Shown piece after piece: positions 1 through 11,486 of a stretch of DNA of 64,000 nt (the stretch's first letter is position 1; every line of letters starts with the position of its first letter). The notes beneath the pieces are model-generated. The model had not been told where the DNA came from. It ran no database searches and saw only the letters and a list, made by a program, of their open reading frames with translations. Source of the stretch: an uncultured Clostridia bacterium (GTDB lineage: Bacteria > Bacillota > Clostridia > Lachnospirales > CAMVHY01); NCBI GenBank assembly GCA_947073045.1, contig CAMTJU010000004.1, positions 1,150 through 65,149 of the forward strand, written 5' to 3'. A program made the translations under genes and the position numbers.

Positions 1-1133
1 GCATGTCATACCATGAAGCAAAACAAAAGTATGGCATAGCACATGGAAGTATCCAAAAGTAGGAGAGGATATATCTACAGAAGAAATAGAAAGCTTGGCA
101 ATAGAACGACGTGAGCGAGCCAGCACAGTCGTCAACAAGAATTTCCAAAAGAAGTAGATGAATATCTCTTAGTACAAGCGCACGCTTAAGAGCAGAAAAC
201 GACTACCTAAAAAACTTGCAAGCCTTGGTTTTGGAAAACGAACTATGCCAGCGCAAAAAACGCAGGTAGCTCAAAAGCTAAGACAAAAACATTCACTGAA
301 AAGAAAATACTTTTATCAATCGCTCAATTAGCCCGTGCAACCTTTTATTATCACTTAAACAAGTCAAACAAGTATGAGTACATATCACAACAATCTATCA
401 CCAAAATAAGACGGTATGACTACAGTCGAATCACAGCTGAGCTACACAACCGAAATGTTCATTTGAATCATAAAACTGTCCAAAGGCTAATGAAGCAATT
501 AGACCTGGTATGTCATGTCAGGATGAAAAAATACCGTTCTTACAAAGGTGAGGCAGGAAAAATTGCTCCAAACCTTCTGAACCGAGATTTCAAAACAGAA
601 AAGTCAAACCAAAAGTGGGTCACCGATTTAACAGAGTTCAGTCTGATTGGAAAAAGCTATATCGCCTATCATTGATCTGCATAGCAGCAACTTGGTAAGC
701 TATACTATTTCAGAGCATCCTGTATTAAGCATGGTAATAACCATGCTAGATAAAGCATTTAAAACAATTCCAAATGATACTAACCTCATTCTTCATTCCG
801 ACCAAAGTTGGCATTATCTGCACAAACAATATTGACGAATGCTCCATAAAAAAGGTATTTGACAGAGCATGAGCCGCAAAGGCAACTGCCTGGATAATGC
901 AGTAATAGAAAACTTTTTTGGTTTGCTGAAAAGAGTGAGCTATTCTATTTGCAAAAGTTTGAATCCATGGAACACTTTAAACAGGAATTAATGGAATATC
1001 TTGACTACTACGATAAACGACGTATCAAGGCAATACTTAAAGGCTTGCCTCCTGCTATTCACAGACTGCAAGCCCTTTCAGTTGCTTAATAGATTTTTTT
1101 TATAACTTTGTCTAACTTTTTGGGGTTAGTTCA
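1..1133 (+). mobile_element. IS3-family (IS150-like) insertion sequence, copy 1. The 5' part is cut by the window edge and the transposase frame is broken.
   Basis: OrfA leucine-zipper tail RLRAENDYLKNLQALVLENELCQRKKRR at about 183-260. OrfB fragments 463-675 and 647-835 (HSDQSWHY DDE region), with NAVIENFF further on in another frame. The right terminus ...TGTCTAACTTTTTGGGGTTAGTTCA ends at 1133. Several stops and frameshifts interrupt the frame. Confidence 0.85.
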
Positions 1134-1136
1134 TCA

Positions 1137-1151
1137 TGCTTGAGATTTTTT
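1137..1151. repeat. 3' half of hairpin module A (TGCTTGAGATTTTTT), directly abutting the IS copy 1 terminus
   Basis: Same GCTTGAGATTTTT arm as in the intact hairpins at 27912-27942 and 36737-36769. It would be the rbr terminator if its other arm were present. Confidence 0.7.
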
Positions 1152-1165
1152 AACTTGCTTAAATT

Positions 1166-1705
1166 TTAATAATTTTGTTTGCGCAATTCGAAGTAAGATT
1201 TAGGATGAGCGCACACAGGACAAACATCAGGCGCAGTTAATCCTTCGTGAATATGTCCGCAATTTAAACATTGCCAATAAACTTTGCCGTCTTTTTCAAA
1301 AACTCTATGAGTTTCGAGATTCTTCAATAAAGCTAAATAGCGTTCTTCATGTTCCTTTTCTATTGCGCCAACTGCTTCAAACAAGTACGCAATCTTTGTA
1401 AAACCTTCTTCCTTTGCTTCTTGTGCAAATGTTTTGTACATGTCAGTCCATTCATAATTTTCACCGGCTGCTGCATCAGCTAAGTTAGAAGCAGTATCTT
1501 TAATCTCGCCGCCACTAAGAAGCTTGTACCAAATTTTTGCATGTTCTTTCTCATTGTTAGCAGTTTCTAAAAAAATATTTGCTATTTGCTCATAGCCTTC
1601 CTTTTTTGCACGCGATGCATAGTATGTATATTTATTGCGCGCTTGAGACTCTCCTGCAAATGCCGCCATTAAATTCTTTTCAGTTTTACTTCCCTTTAAA
1701 TCCAT
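1166..1705 (-). CDS. rbr: rubrerythrin
   Basis: 179 aa with diiron four-helix motifs ([24 protein letters not shown]) and a C-terminal rubredoxin-like CLNCGH...CPVCAHP. GGAGGG RBS. Confidence 0.95.
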   Translation of the reverse strand: MDLKGSKTEKNLMAAFAGESQARNKYTYYASRAKKEGYEQIANIFLETANNEKEHAKIWYKLLSGGEIKDTASNLADAAAGENYEWTDMYKTFAQEAKEEGFTKIAYLFEAVGAIEKEHEERYLALLKNLETHRVFEKDGKVYWQCLNCGHIHEGLTAPDVCPVCAHPKSYFELRKQNY

Positions 1706-1850
1706 TTAAAATCCCTCCTAAATATTTTCAATAAATTATAGCACATAATTTTTTTTTGCACAATAATCTTTTTCCAAATATATTCTATCATTTCAAAAAA
1801 TGATTTGCGTTTTTATTTACTGGACCAATAAATATTTTAGCTCTATCTTG

Positions 1851-1859
1851 TGATATAAT
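1851..1859 (+). promoter_or_regulatory. extended -10 promoter element (TGATATAAT) upstream of thrS
   Basis: TGnTATAAT match 32 nt upstream of the thrS ATG. No convincing -35 and no T-box leader in the 185 nt upstream region. Confidence 0.4.
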
Positions 1860-1890
1860 TACTACAAATAATTTTGAAAGGAATTTTGTT

Positions 1891-3792
1891 ATGTTTACTG
1901 TTACTTTGAAAGATAATTCACAATTGAAATTTGAAAAGCCTCTATCAATTTATGACATCGCTTTAAAAATAAGCGAAGGTTTGGCACGAAATGCTTGTTG
2001 CGCTTTAGTCAATAACGAATGGAAAGATTTAAGGTTTGTTATTGACAAAGATTGCTCTCTTACAATTTTAACCTTTAATGATGAATTAGGGCGCGGCGCA
2101 TACAGACACACAACTTCACACATTATGGCGCAAGCTGTAAAAAGATTGTTTCCAGATGTAAAATTAGCAATTGGTCCAAAAACTGACGATGGTTTTTATT
2201 ATGATTTCGATGGCCAGTTTTCATTGGAAGATTTACCTGCAATAGAAAATGAAATGAAAAAAATTATTAAGCAAGCTCTTCCAATTGAATATTTTGAGCT
2301 CGAACGCAATAAAGCTTTGGAACTAATGAAAGATGAACCATATAAAATTGAGCTTATTCAAAATTTACCTAAGGATTCTACAATTTCATTTTATAAACAA
2401 GGTGAATTTACAGACCTTTGTGCTGGCCCGCATCTTATGAATACGAAATTGGTTAAAGCTTTTAAACTAACTTCAGTAGCTGGTGCGTATTGGCATGGCG
2501 ACGAAAAAAACAAAATGCTTACGAGAATTTATGGCACATCTTTTACAAAAACAAGTGATTTAAATGAATACCTAGAGAGAATTGAAGAAGCAAAAAAACG
2601 TGATCACAGAAAGCTTGGTCGCGAGCTTGAATTATTTACAATACTTGAAGAAGCTCCCGGAATGCCATTTTTTTTGCCAAATGGCCAAATATTAAAAAAT
2701 ATCTTGATTGATTACTGGCGAAAAATACATAGAGCTGCTGGTTATGAGGAAATTTCTACCCCGATTATTTTAAATAGACAATTGTGGGAACGCTCTGGAC
2801 ATTGGCAGCATTACAGAAACAATATGTACACAACAATTATTGATGACCAAGATTTTGCAATTAAACCAATGAATTGCCCTGGCTCAATTTTAGTTTATAA
2901 AACTCAGATGCATTCGTATAAGGATTTGCCATTGCGTTTGGGTGAACTCGGTATTGTTCATCGCCATGAAAAATCTGGAACGTTGCATGGTTTAATGCGA
3001 GTAAGATGTTTTACTCAAGACGATGCACACGTTTTTATGACGCTTGATCAAATCAAAAGTGAAATAATAAATGTTATATCGCTAATCGAAAGTGTATATA
3101 AACTTTTTGGTTTTAAATATCATTTAGAATTGTCAACACGCCCTGAAGATAGTATGGGTAATGATGAGCAATGGGAAAAAGCAACCAATGCTTTAAAATC
3201 TGCACTTGTTGAAAAAAATATTGACTTTAAAATAAATGAGGGAGACGGAGCATTTTACGGACCCAAAATAGATTTTCATTTGGAAGATTCACTTGGACGT
3301 ACTTGGCAATGCGGAACAATTCAATTAGATTTTCAACTGCCAGAAAAATTTAATCTTGAGTATATCGGCAAAGATAATGAAAAACATCAGCCAATTATGA
3401 TTCATCGTGTGGCATTTGGAAGTATCGAAAGATTTATAGGTATTTTAATTGAACATTATGCAGGACATTTTCCAACATGGCTCGCTCCGGCTCAAGCAAA
3501 AATTTTACCCATATCCGAAAAATTTAATGACTATGCACAAAACGTATTTAACAAGCTAAATGAAAATGGAATACGCGTACAAATTGATTTGCGCAATGAA
3601 AAAATAGGATATAAAATACGTGAAGCTAAACTTAAAAAAATTCCATACTTAATTGTTATTGGCGAAAAAGAAATGAATTCAAATCAAATTTGTGTACGTA
3701 CGAAAAATACTAAAAACATAACACTCGGTATAGATGAATTAAGCAACAAAATTTTGAAAGAAGTCGAAGAAAAAAAAGAGATTGATTTTTAA
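1891..3792 (+). CDS. thrS: threonine--tRNA ligase
   Basis: 633 aa with TGS, editing, class II core and anticodon-binding domains. The HRHEKSGTLHGLMRVRCFTQDDAH and FYGPKIDF motifs are typical of ThrRS. Confidence 0.97.
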   Translation: MFTVTLKDNSQLKFEKPLSIYDIALKISEGLARNACCALVNNEWKDLRFVIDKDCSLTILTFNDELGRGAYRHTTSHIMAQAVKRLFPDVKLAIGPKTDDGFYYDFDGQFSLEDLPAIENEMKKIIKQALPIEYFELERNKALELMKDEPYKIELIQNLPKDSTISFYKQGEFTDLCAGPHLMNTKLVKAFKLTSVAGAYWHGDEKNKMLTRIYGTSFTKTSDLNEYLERIEEAKKRDHRKLGRELELFTILEEAPGMPFFLPNGQILKNILIDYWRKIHRAAGYEEISTPIILNRQLWERSGHWQHYRNNMYTTIIDDQDFAIKPMNCPGSILVYKTQMHSYKDLPLRLGELGIVHRHEKSGTLHGLMRVRCFTQDDAHVFMTLDQIKSEIINVISLIESVYKLFGFKYHLELSTRPEDSMGNDEQWEKATNALKSALVEKNIDFKINEGDGAFYGPKIDFHLEDSLGRTWQCGTIQLDFQLPEKFNLEYIGKDNEKHQPIMIHRVAFGSIERFIGILIEHYAGHFPTWLAPAQAKILPISEKFNDYAQNVFNKLNENGIRVQIDLRNEKIGYKIREAKLKKIPYLIVIGEKEMNSNQICVRTKNTKNITLGIDELSNKILKEVEEKKEIDF

Positions 3793-4829
3793 TGAAGACA
3801 AAAATTTATTTTGAACATGATTTAAAAAAATTAAAAACCGTATTCGATAATACGGTTTTTAATTGTGCAAAAATTTGTGTTGTGACTGACAAAAATATTG
3901 CCAAAATCTATTTTAAAAATAAACCAATTTCAAATAAAGTTTTTTATTATGTTTGTAGTGCTGGGGAAAATTCCAAAAGTTTCGATACTGCCTGCTCACT
4001 GTATAAATTTCTCATTGAAAACAATTTTTCGCGCCAAGATATTTTAATTGCATTTGGCGGCGGAGTTATTGGAGACTTAACTGGATTTGTAGCTTCAACT
4101 TTTATGCGCGCAATTAGGTTTATTCAAATTCCAACTACACTTTTAGCACAAACGGATAGTTCTATTGGAAATAAAAATGCTATAAATTTTAATGGTGTAA
4201 AAAATATCATTGGCACATTTTATAAACCCGAATTCATTTACATAAACACAAGTTTTTTAAAAACACTCCCGCCTTTAGAAATTTCAAATGGCATGGCAGA
4301 AATTATAAAGTATTCGCTACTAGACAAAGATTTTTTTAATTATCTTATTGAGCAAAAAAATATTTTTAAAGACGAAAAAATTTTTATGCGAGTATTAAAA
4401 AAATCTGTCCGCATAAAATTAAATATAGTAAAAAAAGACAAACTTGAAAAAAATACACGTCGCTTTTTAAATCTTGGGCACACACTTGCGCATGCATTAG
4501 AAAGTGTTTCAGATTTTTCACTTGGTCACGGTCAAGCAGTTTCTTTAGGAATTATCTTTGCATTATATATTTCATGCTTAAGAAATTTAGATGTTAGCAT
4601 AATGAAAAAAGTTATTGAGATTTTAAAAAATTATGCCTTGCCGACAAAAATTCATTGTTTAAACAAAGATGCTGTATACACAAAAATGTTTTGCGATAAA
4701 AAATTCGACAATGGCAAAATAAATATAGTATTATTAAATGATATAGGAAATCCTATAATATGTAACGATATAAGCAAAACTCAAATTTTTGAAGCAATGG
4801 ATTATCTTATAGATAACAAATTATCTTGA
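3792..4829 (+). CDS. aroB: 3-dehydroquinate synthase
   Basis: 345 aa with GGGVIGDLTGFVAS, the IQIPTTLLAQTDSSIG NAD/metal-site motifs and HGQAVSLG. The start overlaps the thrS stop (TAATG). Confidence 0.85.
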   Translation: MKTKIYFEHDLKKLKTVFDNTVFNCAKICVVTDKNIAKIYFKNKPISNKVFYYVCSAGENSKSFDTACSLYKFLIENNFSRQDILIAFGGGVIGDLTGFVASTFMRAIRFIQIPTTLLAQTDSSIGNKNAINFNGVKNIIGTFYKPEFIYINTSFLKTLPPLEISNGMAEIIKYSLLDKDFFNYLIEQKNIFKDEKIFMRVLKKSVRIKLNIVKKDKLEKNTRRFLNLGHTLAHALESVSDFSLGHGQAVSLGIIFALYISCLRNLDVSIMKKVIEILKNYALPTKIHCLNKDAVYTKMFCDKKFDNGKINIVLLNDIGNPIICNDISKTQIFEAMDYLIDNKLS

Positions 4830-4841
4830 AAGGTGAATGTA

Positions 4842-5294
4842 ATGCATATATTTTTTTTGCTTATGGCATTTGTTTTGATTTGCGCAGATTCTTTAGCCAA
4901 ATATTTTGCGTATGTGTATCTTAAACCTGTTTCATCAATTCAGCTACCAATTCGATTTCTAAATTTAACATACGTTGAAAACAGAGGTGCTGCATTTGGA
5001 ATCTTACAAAATCAAAAATTTTTCTTCTTTCTAGTAACTGCATTAGCTCTCATTGTTACTCTTTATTATTTTTTTTCACTACCCTACTCTAAATTAAATA
5101 ATATTATAAAATTTTGTTTGGTACTGATTTTTTCAGGTACAATCGGTAATTTTTTAGATAGAATTTTTCGTGGATATGTCGTGGATTTTTTGGAATTTAC
5201 TTTTATTGATTTTCCTGTTTTTAATTTAGCCGATGTTTATTTAACTGTTGGATGTGTGTTGATATCTATCATTTTGCTTAAAGCAAAAAATTGA
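4842..5294 (+). CDS. lspA: lipoprotein signal peptidase II
   Basis: NRGAAFG, GNFLDR and FNLAD motifs with 4 TM segments. ATG at 4842 sits behind a GAAAGG RBS. The track's GTG at 4833 is an alternative start. Confidence 0.9.
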   Translation: MHIFFLLMAFVLICADSLAKYFAYVYLKPVSSIQLPIRFLNLTYVENRGAAFGILQNQKFFFFLVTALALIVTLYYFFSLPYSKLNNIIKFCLVLIFSGTIGNFLDRIFRGYVVDFLEFTFIDFPVFNLADVYLTVGCVLISIILLKAKN

Positions 5295-5343
5295 TTTTAA
5301 TTTATAGAATGTGCTAAAATACCAATAATAAGGAGGTTATAAA

Positions 5344-6381
5344 ATGCCTACTATAAATGTTAAATCCTCTGCCAATCTTATTAAGGGTCAAGGAGTTTCT
5401 TCTTGTTACAATGAACAATTTAAATTAGTCTCGGAAGGCCTTTCTTCAAAATATAAATTTTATGTCAACAGTATGAAAAAAAGTGATATCGTCCATTATC
5501 ATACTGTGAATCTTGGATATTATTTTGAGCGCCTTTTTCAAAAACATAAAAAATCTGGCATTGGCTATGTACATTTTTTACCCGATACAGTTGAGCAAAG
5601 CTTAGATATGCCTCTGCTGTTTAAAAAAGTTTTTTACAAATATTTACTTTCGTTTTATAACAGTATGGATTATTTAGTTGCAGTTAATCCGTGCGTGATA
5701 GAAAAATTACGCAAGTATGGCGTGACTAATCCTAAAATTATTTATATTCCTAATTATGTTTCTGAAAAAGAATTTTTCCCATTAGATAAAAACAAAATAA
5801 TGTCAATAAAAAATAATTATAAAATTGACAAAAATAAATTTGTTGCATTGGGAGTTGGTCAGCTTCAAACTCGCAAAGGTATTTTTGATTTTGTCAAAAC
5901 TGCCGAAAAACTTCCTCATATACAATTTATATGGGCGGGCGGATTTTCTTTCGGTAAAATTTCTGATGGATATAAGGAAATTAAATCATTAATTAAAAAT
6001 GCTCCACCAAACATAAAATTTTTGGGTATAATAAATCGTGAAAACATGAACGAAATTTATAACATGGCCGATGTATTGTTTTTGCCGTCTTTTGATGAAT
6101 TATTTCCTATGTCAATTTTAGAGGCTTATTGTTGTAAAATACCTGTTGTTTTGCGCGATATAGATATTTATCCACAAATTTTGTTCGATAGCTATTTAAA
6201 ATCTTCAGATGTAAATGGATTTGCAAAATTACTAGACTCCCTTAGCAAAGATAAAAATTTGCAAAATTATTGGCAAGAAAAAGTTTGGGATTGCCATAAA
6301 TATTATTCTCAAGAAAACATTTTAAAAATGTGGGATAATCTCTATAACGAAGCTTATAAAGAATTAAAAAAAGGTGAATAG
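5344..6381 (+). CDS. GT4-family (GT-B fold) glycosyltransferase
   Basis: 345 aa. C-terminal EX7E-type motif (DELFPMSILEAYCCKIPVV) and a GVGQLQTRKG loop. AAGGAGG RBS. Confidence 0.8.
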   Translation: MPTINVKSSANLIKGQGVSSCYNEQFKLVSEGLSSKYKFYVNSMKKSDIVHYHTVNLGYYFERLFQKHKKSGIGYVHFLPDTVEQSLDMPLLFKKVFYKYLLSFYNSMDYLVAVNPCVIEKLRKYGVTNPKIIYIPNYVSEKEFFPLDKNKIMSIKNNYKIDKNKFVALGVGQLQTRKGIFDFVKTAEKLPHIQFIWAGGFSFGKISDGYKEIKSLIKNAPPNIKFLGIINRENMNEIYNMADVLFLPSFDELFPMSILEAYCCKIPVVLRDIDIYPQILFDSYLKSSDVNGFAKLLDSLSKDKNLQNYWQEKVWDCHKYYSQENILKMWDNLYNEAYKELKKGE

Positions 6382-6383
6382 AA

Positions 6384-7427
6384 TTGAAATTTTTTTTACG
6401 ACAAAATTGGTTCGGACTTTTGTCTGTTTTGCTCTCATTTGTAATTCTTGCTTCGTTAATATTTTCTAAGGGAATCGGGAAATTTTTTATGGCTGTGAAA
6501 AATTTGCAGCCACTATTTATATTAATTGCCTTTGCAGCAATTATTCTGTATTGCATCCTTGATGGATGCGTTCTTTTTTTGCTTACAAAAACTAAATATA
6601 AATCATACAGTTTTTTCAGAGCGTTAAAAACTAGTACGATTGGACTTTTTTACAGCGCAATTACTCCATTATCTGTAGGCGGTCAGCCAATGCAAATTGT
6701 TGAAATGGCGCATTCAAAAATTGAATTTGGCGATGCAAGCTCATTTGTTATTGTGAAAATGATTATTTACCAAATTGCACTTATTTTGTACGCACAAGCT
6801 GCAATTTTTTTGTGCCCAAATTTTGACGTACCAAAGTTTTGGTTTTTCACAGCATCCGGCTTTTTACTTAATATAATTTTTATTGGCATAATAGTTTTTA
6901 TGAGTATAAAAAAAGATTTGGTAATAAAAATTTGTACGGCGTACATAAATTTTTTTTCGCATACAAAATTTTTTAGAATAAAGAATCCAGATTTGACACT
7001 ACAAAACAGCATAAAACAAATTAATTTATTCCACAAAAGCACTAAATTAATCAGTCGTAAAAAAATTGCTTTTATCTTTATTTTTTTTGTTACTTTTATA
7101 CAACTCACGATTTATTATCTAATTCCATATCTTGTTCTCAAAAGTTTTGGTATCGACAATAATATTTATCGAGCTATATTTGCGACTTCTTTGATATACA
7201 TGATAACAGCTTTTGTTCCAATTCCAGGCGCAATTATGGCAAACGAAGGCGCATTTTATATTTTTTTCAAATTTTTTATTTCAAAATCATTTGTTGTACC
7301 AATAATTTTTATCTGGCGTTTCATAACTTATTATTTTTTAATTCTTATCGGCGGCATTATAATTATTACGGACATGACTAAAAACTCTGTTACTTTTTTG
7401 AAGCAAAGTGGTCAAAAAAAAAGATGA
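6384..7427 (+). CDS. UPF0104 / lysylphosphatidylglycerol-synthase-TM-region-like polytopic membrane protein (flippase-like)
   Basis: 347 aa with about 8 TM helices and TTG start behind AAAGGTG. Pairing with an upstream GT4 gene is a common glycolipid locus arrangement. Confidence 0.6.
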   Translation: MKFFLRQNWFGLLSVLLSFVILASLIFSKGIGKFFMAVKNLQPLFILIAFAAIILYCILDGCVLFLLTKTKYKSYSFFRALKTSTIGLFYSAITPLSVGGQPMQIVEMAHSKIEFGDASSFVIVKMIIYQIALILYAQAAIFLCPNFDVPKFWFFTASGFLLNIIFIGIIVFMSIKKDLVIKICTAYINFFSHTKFFRIKNPDLTLQNSIKQINLFHKSTKLISRKKIAFIFIFFVTFIQLTIYYLIPYLVLKSFGIDNNIYRAIFATSLIYMITAFVPIPGAIMANEGAFYIFFKFFISKSFVVPIIFIWRFITYYFLILIGGIIIITDMTKNSVTFLKQSGQKKR

Positions 7428-7438
7428 CATCTTTAATT

Positions 7439-8125
7439 TCAATTGTTTGATGTCATCTGTGCTTGTGGTTTTCTTAAATAAAACGGTGAGAAATTTTCAT
7501 ATGAAAAAATGTTTTTGGGATCCAAAAGCATTTTTTTTGCGCAATAAATTACGCTCCTAACTGATTGCAAATTTAAATTTTCGCTCGCAATAAAAATATT
7601 TGCAGCATTTATTTTATCTTTGTTTGGAATTACTCCATCGCCTAGAAAAATCACATCTTTTTCAAACGAAAGTGAGCGTTCAATAATTTCTTCTATGCTG
7701 CAATTTAAATAATCTGAAATTTTGCATGGGCCATCCTTTTTGCATTCATATATTGCGGTATAAACTTGCGAGCGTCTTGCATCCATTATTGGTACAATTA
7801 TTGAACCTGGCGCAAAAATATTTAAAGCCATTGCATCAAGCGTCGGCACATTTATTATTGGAATATTAAATGCATGAGCAAAAGCTTTTGCACTAGCTAC
7901 TCCAATTTTTATTCCAGTAAATGAACCCGGACCTGACGAACATGCTACATAATCAATTTCATTTTGCGCTATGTTTAACATTTTTAATAAATCATTTATC
8001 ATTGGCAATAAAGTTTGTGAGTGTGTATACCCACAATTTAAATTTATGTCGGCCAATATTTTTTCTTCATTGCCTATAGCTATTGCAGCAGTTTTTCCTG
8101 TAGACTCTATCGCAAGTATATTCAT
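7439..8125 (-). CDS. tsaB: tRNA threonylcarbamoyladenosine biosynthesis protein TsaB
   Basis: MNILAIESTGKTAAIAI... and GPGSFTGIKIGVASAKAFA, typical of YeaZ/TsaB. ATG at 8125 follows GAGGAG. The track start at 8143 is an upstream TTG inside the RBS. Confidence 0.9.
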   Translation of the reverse strand: MNILAIESTGKTAAIAIGNEEKILADINLNCGYTHSQTLLPMINDLLKMLNIAQNEIDYVACSSGPGSFTGIKIGVASAKAFAHAFNIPIINVPTLDAMALNIFAPGSIIVPIMDARRSQVYTAIYECKKDGPCKISDYLNCSIEEIIERSLSFEKDVIFLGDGVIPNKDKINAANIFIASENLNLQSVRSVIYCAKKMLLDPKNIFSYENFSPFYLRKPQAQMTSNN

Positions 8126-8219
8126 CTTTAAAATTCTCCTCAAAAATTATTTTCTTATCATTATATGAAAAACAAATTTTTCTTGCAATATGAAACAAGT
8201 ATCAATGCTCCCATTTATA

Positions 8220-8247
8220 TTGACATTTTTAAAAAATGTGATATAAT
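8220..8247 (+). promoter_or_regulatory. sigma-A type promoter of the str operon
   Basis: TTGACA (8220-8225), 16 nt spacer containing TG, TATAAT (8242-8247). About 60 nt upstream of rpsL. Confidence 0.65.
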
Positions 8248-8309
8248 TAAAACGCTGATTGTATTTCAATCCGGCAGATATATTTTTTATGCAAGGAGGT
8301 GTGTAAATT

Positions 8310-8729
8310 ATGCCGACTATTAATCAATTAGTTCATCATCCTAGAAAACCTCGTTTTTATAAATCTAAATCGCCTGCTCTTCAAAATGGATACAATACGC
8401 TTAAAAAAAGACAAACCGATAAATCTAGTCCGCAAAAACGTGGTGTTTGTACTGTTGTTAAAACTGCTACTCCTAAAAAACCTAACTCTGCTATGCGTAA
8501 AATTGCCAGGGTCCGTTTGTCAAACGGTATGGAAGTTACAGGATATATTCCTGGCGAAGGACACAATCTTCAGGAACACAGTGTTGTTTTAATACGTGGT
8601 GGAAGAGTAAAAGACGTTCCTGGTGTTCGTTACCACATTATTCGTGGTACATTAGATACCGCAGGAGTTGCTAACAGAATGCAGGCTCGTTCTAAATACG
8701 GGGCTAAACGTCCTAAAGATAAAAAATAA
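8310..8729 (+). CDS. rpsL: 30S ribosomal protein S12
   Basis: MPTINQLV... and [10 protein letters not shown], a canonical S12 sequence. Confidence 0.99.
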   Translation: MPTINQLVHHPRKPRFYKSKSPALQNGYNTLKKRQTDKSSPQKRGVCTVVKTATPKKPNSAMRKIARVRLSNGMEVTGYIPGEGHNLQEHSVVLIRGGRVKDVPGVRYHIIRGTLDTAGVANRMQARSKYGAKRPKDKK

Positions 8730-8858
8730 TAATTTTAAAATCCTTGTACAAAAAATACTATCTGTCGGCTCTTTAGATAGATTTGGCAGTGCAAGGCATT
8801 ATCATATTTTTTATAATATGAGTACCGTTGATTTAATTTCTGTTAAGGAGGGAAGATT

Positions 8859-9329
8859 ATGCCACGTAAAGGTCACGTTGTAAGAAGAGACGTACTGCCT
8901 GATCCTGTATATAATAGTAAAATTGTTACTAAGCTTATAAATCAGGTTATGCTTGACGGCAAAAAAGGTATTGCTCAAAATATTGTTTATAAGGCTTTTG
9001 AGCAAGTTAGTGAAAAATTAGGTAAGGATGCTTTAACTGCTTTCGATGAAGCTCTCAATAATGTTATGCCTGTCTTGGAAGTTAAAGCACGCCGTATAGG
9101 TGGTGCAACTTATCAGGTTCCAGTTGAAATTAGAAGTGACAGACGTCAAACTTTAGCTTTGCGCTGGATTGTTCTCTATGCTCGCAAACGTAGCGAACGT
9201 ACAATGCAAGAAAGATTAGCTAATGAAATAATTGACGCTGTAAATAATACAGGTGGAGCCGTGAAGAAAAAAGAAGATACACATAAAATGGCTGAGGCTA
9301 ACAAAGCTTTTGCTCATTACAAATGGTAA
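8859..9329 (+). CDS. rpsG: 30S ribosomal protein S7
   Basis: [19 protein letters not shown] and [12 protein letters not shown], a canonical S7 sequence. Confidence 0.99.
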   Translation: MPRKGHVVRRDVLPDPVYNSKIVTKLINQVMLDGKKGIAQNIVYKAFEQVSEKLGKDALTAFDEALNNVMPVLEVKARRIGGATYQVPVEIRSDRRQTLALRWIVLYARKRSERTMQERLANEIIDAVNNTGGAVKKKEDTHKMAEANKAFAHYKW

Positions 9330-9359
9330 TAAATAAAAAATGTAAAGAGGTGAGAATTA

Positions 9360-11444
9360 GTGTCTAACAGAGCATTTCCACTTGAGCGTACTCGTAACAT
9401 TGGTATTATGGCGCACATAGACGCAGGAAAAACTACGCTTACTGAACGTATTTTGTATTATACCGGCCGTAATTATAAAATTGGAGATACGCACGAAGGT
9501 ACTGCAACAATGGATTGGATGGAGCAGGAACAGGAACGCGGTATTACAATTACTTCGGCAGCTACGACGGCTCAGTGGAATAATCACAGAATTAATATTA
9601 TAGATACGCCGGGTCACGTTGATTTTACGGTTGAGGTTGAGCGTTCACTTAGAGTTTTGGATGGCGCAGTTGGTGTATTTTGTGCTAAGGGCGGCGTTGA
9701 ACCGCAATCTGAAACTGTATGGCGTCAGGCTGATAAATATCATGTTCCGCGTATGGCTTTCATTAATAAAATGGATATAATGGGTGCAGATTTTTATAAT
9801 GCGGTGAACATGATTAAAACGCGCCTTGGAGCTACTCCAATTCCAGTTCAATTGCCAATTGGTGCAGAGGATGAATTCGTCGGTGTCATAGATTTAATGG
9901 AAATGAAAGCTTATATCTATAAAGATGAGCTTGGTAAAGATATTTCGGTTGAAGAAATTCCAGCCGATATGCTTGATAAAGCTAATGAGTATCACACAAA
10001 TATGGTTGAATTAATTTCCGAGACTGATGAAGAATTGATGGAAAAATATTTGTCGGGTGAGGAGCCTAGCATTGAACAATTAAAAAAATGTTTGAGAAAA
10101 GCTTGTATTTCTACAGAGCTTACCCCAGTTTTTTGCGGCTCGGCTTATAAAAACAAAGGGGTTCAAAAATTATTGGATGGTATAGTTGAATATATGCCAG
10201 CTCCTATTGATATTCCTGCAATAAAAGGAATATCTGCGCAAACCGGTGAAGAAGTTGTTCGTCATTCTTCAGATGAGGAACCTTTTTCAGCTTTAGCTTT
10301 TAAAATTATGAATGACCCATTCGTAGGAAAGCTTGCTTTCTTTAGAGTTTATTCAGGAGTTTTAGAAGCAGGCTCTTATGTTTATAATTCCGTTAAGGGC
10401 AAAAAGGAACGTATAGGCCGAATTCTTCAGATGCATGCAAATCATCGTGAAGAAATTTCAAAAGTTTATGCAGGTGATATTGCTGCTGCTGTCGGATTAA
10501 AATTCACTACTACTGGAGATACTTTGTGTACGGAAGATGATGAAGTTGTTCTGGAGTCGATGAATTTTCCAGAACCTGTTATTTCCGTAGCGATTGAGCC
10601 AAAAACAAAAGATGGCCGTGATAAAATGGCATTGGCATTATCAAAATTGGCTGAGGAAGATCCAACTTTCAAAACTTATACAAATGTTGAAACTGGTCAA
10701 ACAATAATTTCTGGTATGGGAGAGTTGCATCTTGAAATTATTGTAGACAGGTTGCTTCGTGAATTTAAAGTTGAGGCAAACGTAGGTAAGCCACAAGTTG
10801 CTTATAAGGAAACTTTCAGAAAAGCTGTTGACGTTGAAGGCAAATATATTAAACAATCTGGTGGACGCGGACAATACGGACACTGTAAGGTTAAATTTGA
10901 GCCAATGGATGCAAATGATTCTGAAAAAACTTATGAATTTGTTAATAATATTGTCGGCGGCGCAATTCCAAAAGAATATATTCCAGCTATCGACAACGGT
11001 ATCCAGGAAGCTATGCAATGCGGAATTTTGGGCGGATATCCTGTTTTGGGTGTTAAAGCTATTTTGTATGATGGTTCTTATCACGATGTCGATTCATCAG
11101 AAATGGCTTTCAAAATTGCAGGTTCAATGGCTTTTAAGGATGCAATGAAAAAAGGTGATCCAGTTCTTCTTGAACCTATCATGAAAGTTGATGTAACTGT
11201 TCCAGAAGAATATATGGGCGATGTAATTGGTGATATAAACAGCCGTCGCGGACGTATCGAAGGTATGGAATCGAGAAATGGCGCGCAAGTTGTTCACGGA
11301 TATGTACCACTTGCAGAAATGTTTGGATATTCTACAGACTTGCGTTCAAAAACTCAAGGCCGCGGTGTATATTCAATGGAAATGGATCATTACGAACCAG
11401 TTCCAAAATCTGTGCAAGAAAAAGTTGTATCATCAAAAGCTTAA
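9360..11444 (+). CDS. fusA: elongation factor G
   Basis: 694 aa with G motifs [14 protein letters not shown] and NKMD. GTG start behind AAAGAGGTG. Confidence 0.99.
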   Translation: MSNRAFPLERTRNIGIMAHIDAGKTTLTERILYYTGRNYKIGDTHEGTATMDWMEQEQERGITITSAATTAQWNNHRINIIDTPGHVDFTVEVERSLRVLDGAVGVFCAKGGVEPQSETVWRQADKYHVPRMAFINKMDIMGADFYNAVNMIKTRLGATPIPVQLPIGAEDEFVGVIDLMEMKAYIYKDELGKDISVEEIPADMLDKANEYHTNMVELISETDEELMEKYLSGEEPSIEQLKKCLRKACISTELTPVFCGSAYKNKGVQKLLDGIVEYMPAPIDIPAIKGISAQTGEEVVRHSSDEEPFSALAFKIMNDPFVGKLAFFRVYSGVLEAGSYVYNSVKGKKERIGRILQMHANHREEISKVYAGDIAAAVGLKFTTTGDTLCTEDDEVVLESMNFPEPVISVAIEPKTKDGRDKMALALSKLAEEDPTFKTYTNVETGQTIISGMGELHLEIIVDRLLREFKVEANVGKPQVAYKETFRKAVDVEGKYIKQSGGRGQYGHCKVKFEPMDANDSEKTYEFVNNIVGGAIPKEYIPAIDNGIQEAMQCGILGGYPVLGVKAILYDGSYHDVDSSEMAFKIAGSMAFKDAMKKGDPVLLEPIMKVDVTVPEEYMGDVIGDINSRRGRIEGMESRNGAQVVHGYVPLAEMFGYSTDLRSKTQGRGVYSMEMDHYEPVPKSVQEKVVSSKA

Positions 11445-11486
11445 TGTTATAATGATTGTGTTATAAAATTAAAGGGAGGAATTTAA

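Noticed and set aside
1706-1890. Possible T-box leader upstream of thrS
   Set aside because: Only about 185 nt are available. There is no specifier-loop/T-box (..GGTGGTACC..-like) sequence or terminator/antiterminator pair, only an extended -10.
6167-6175. DnaA-box-like TTATCCACA (also at 24852-24860), and the AT-rich tract upstream of dnaG as a possible replication origin
   Set aside because: These are single isolated boxes inside coding sequence. There is no cluster of boxes, and no dnaA or dnaN nearby.
8730-8858. 129-nt rpsL-rpsG spacer as a possible S7 autoregulatory site or sRNA
   Set aside because: This is plausible by analogy with the E. coli str operon. I can see no conserved structure by eye and cannot evaluate it without comparative data.
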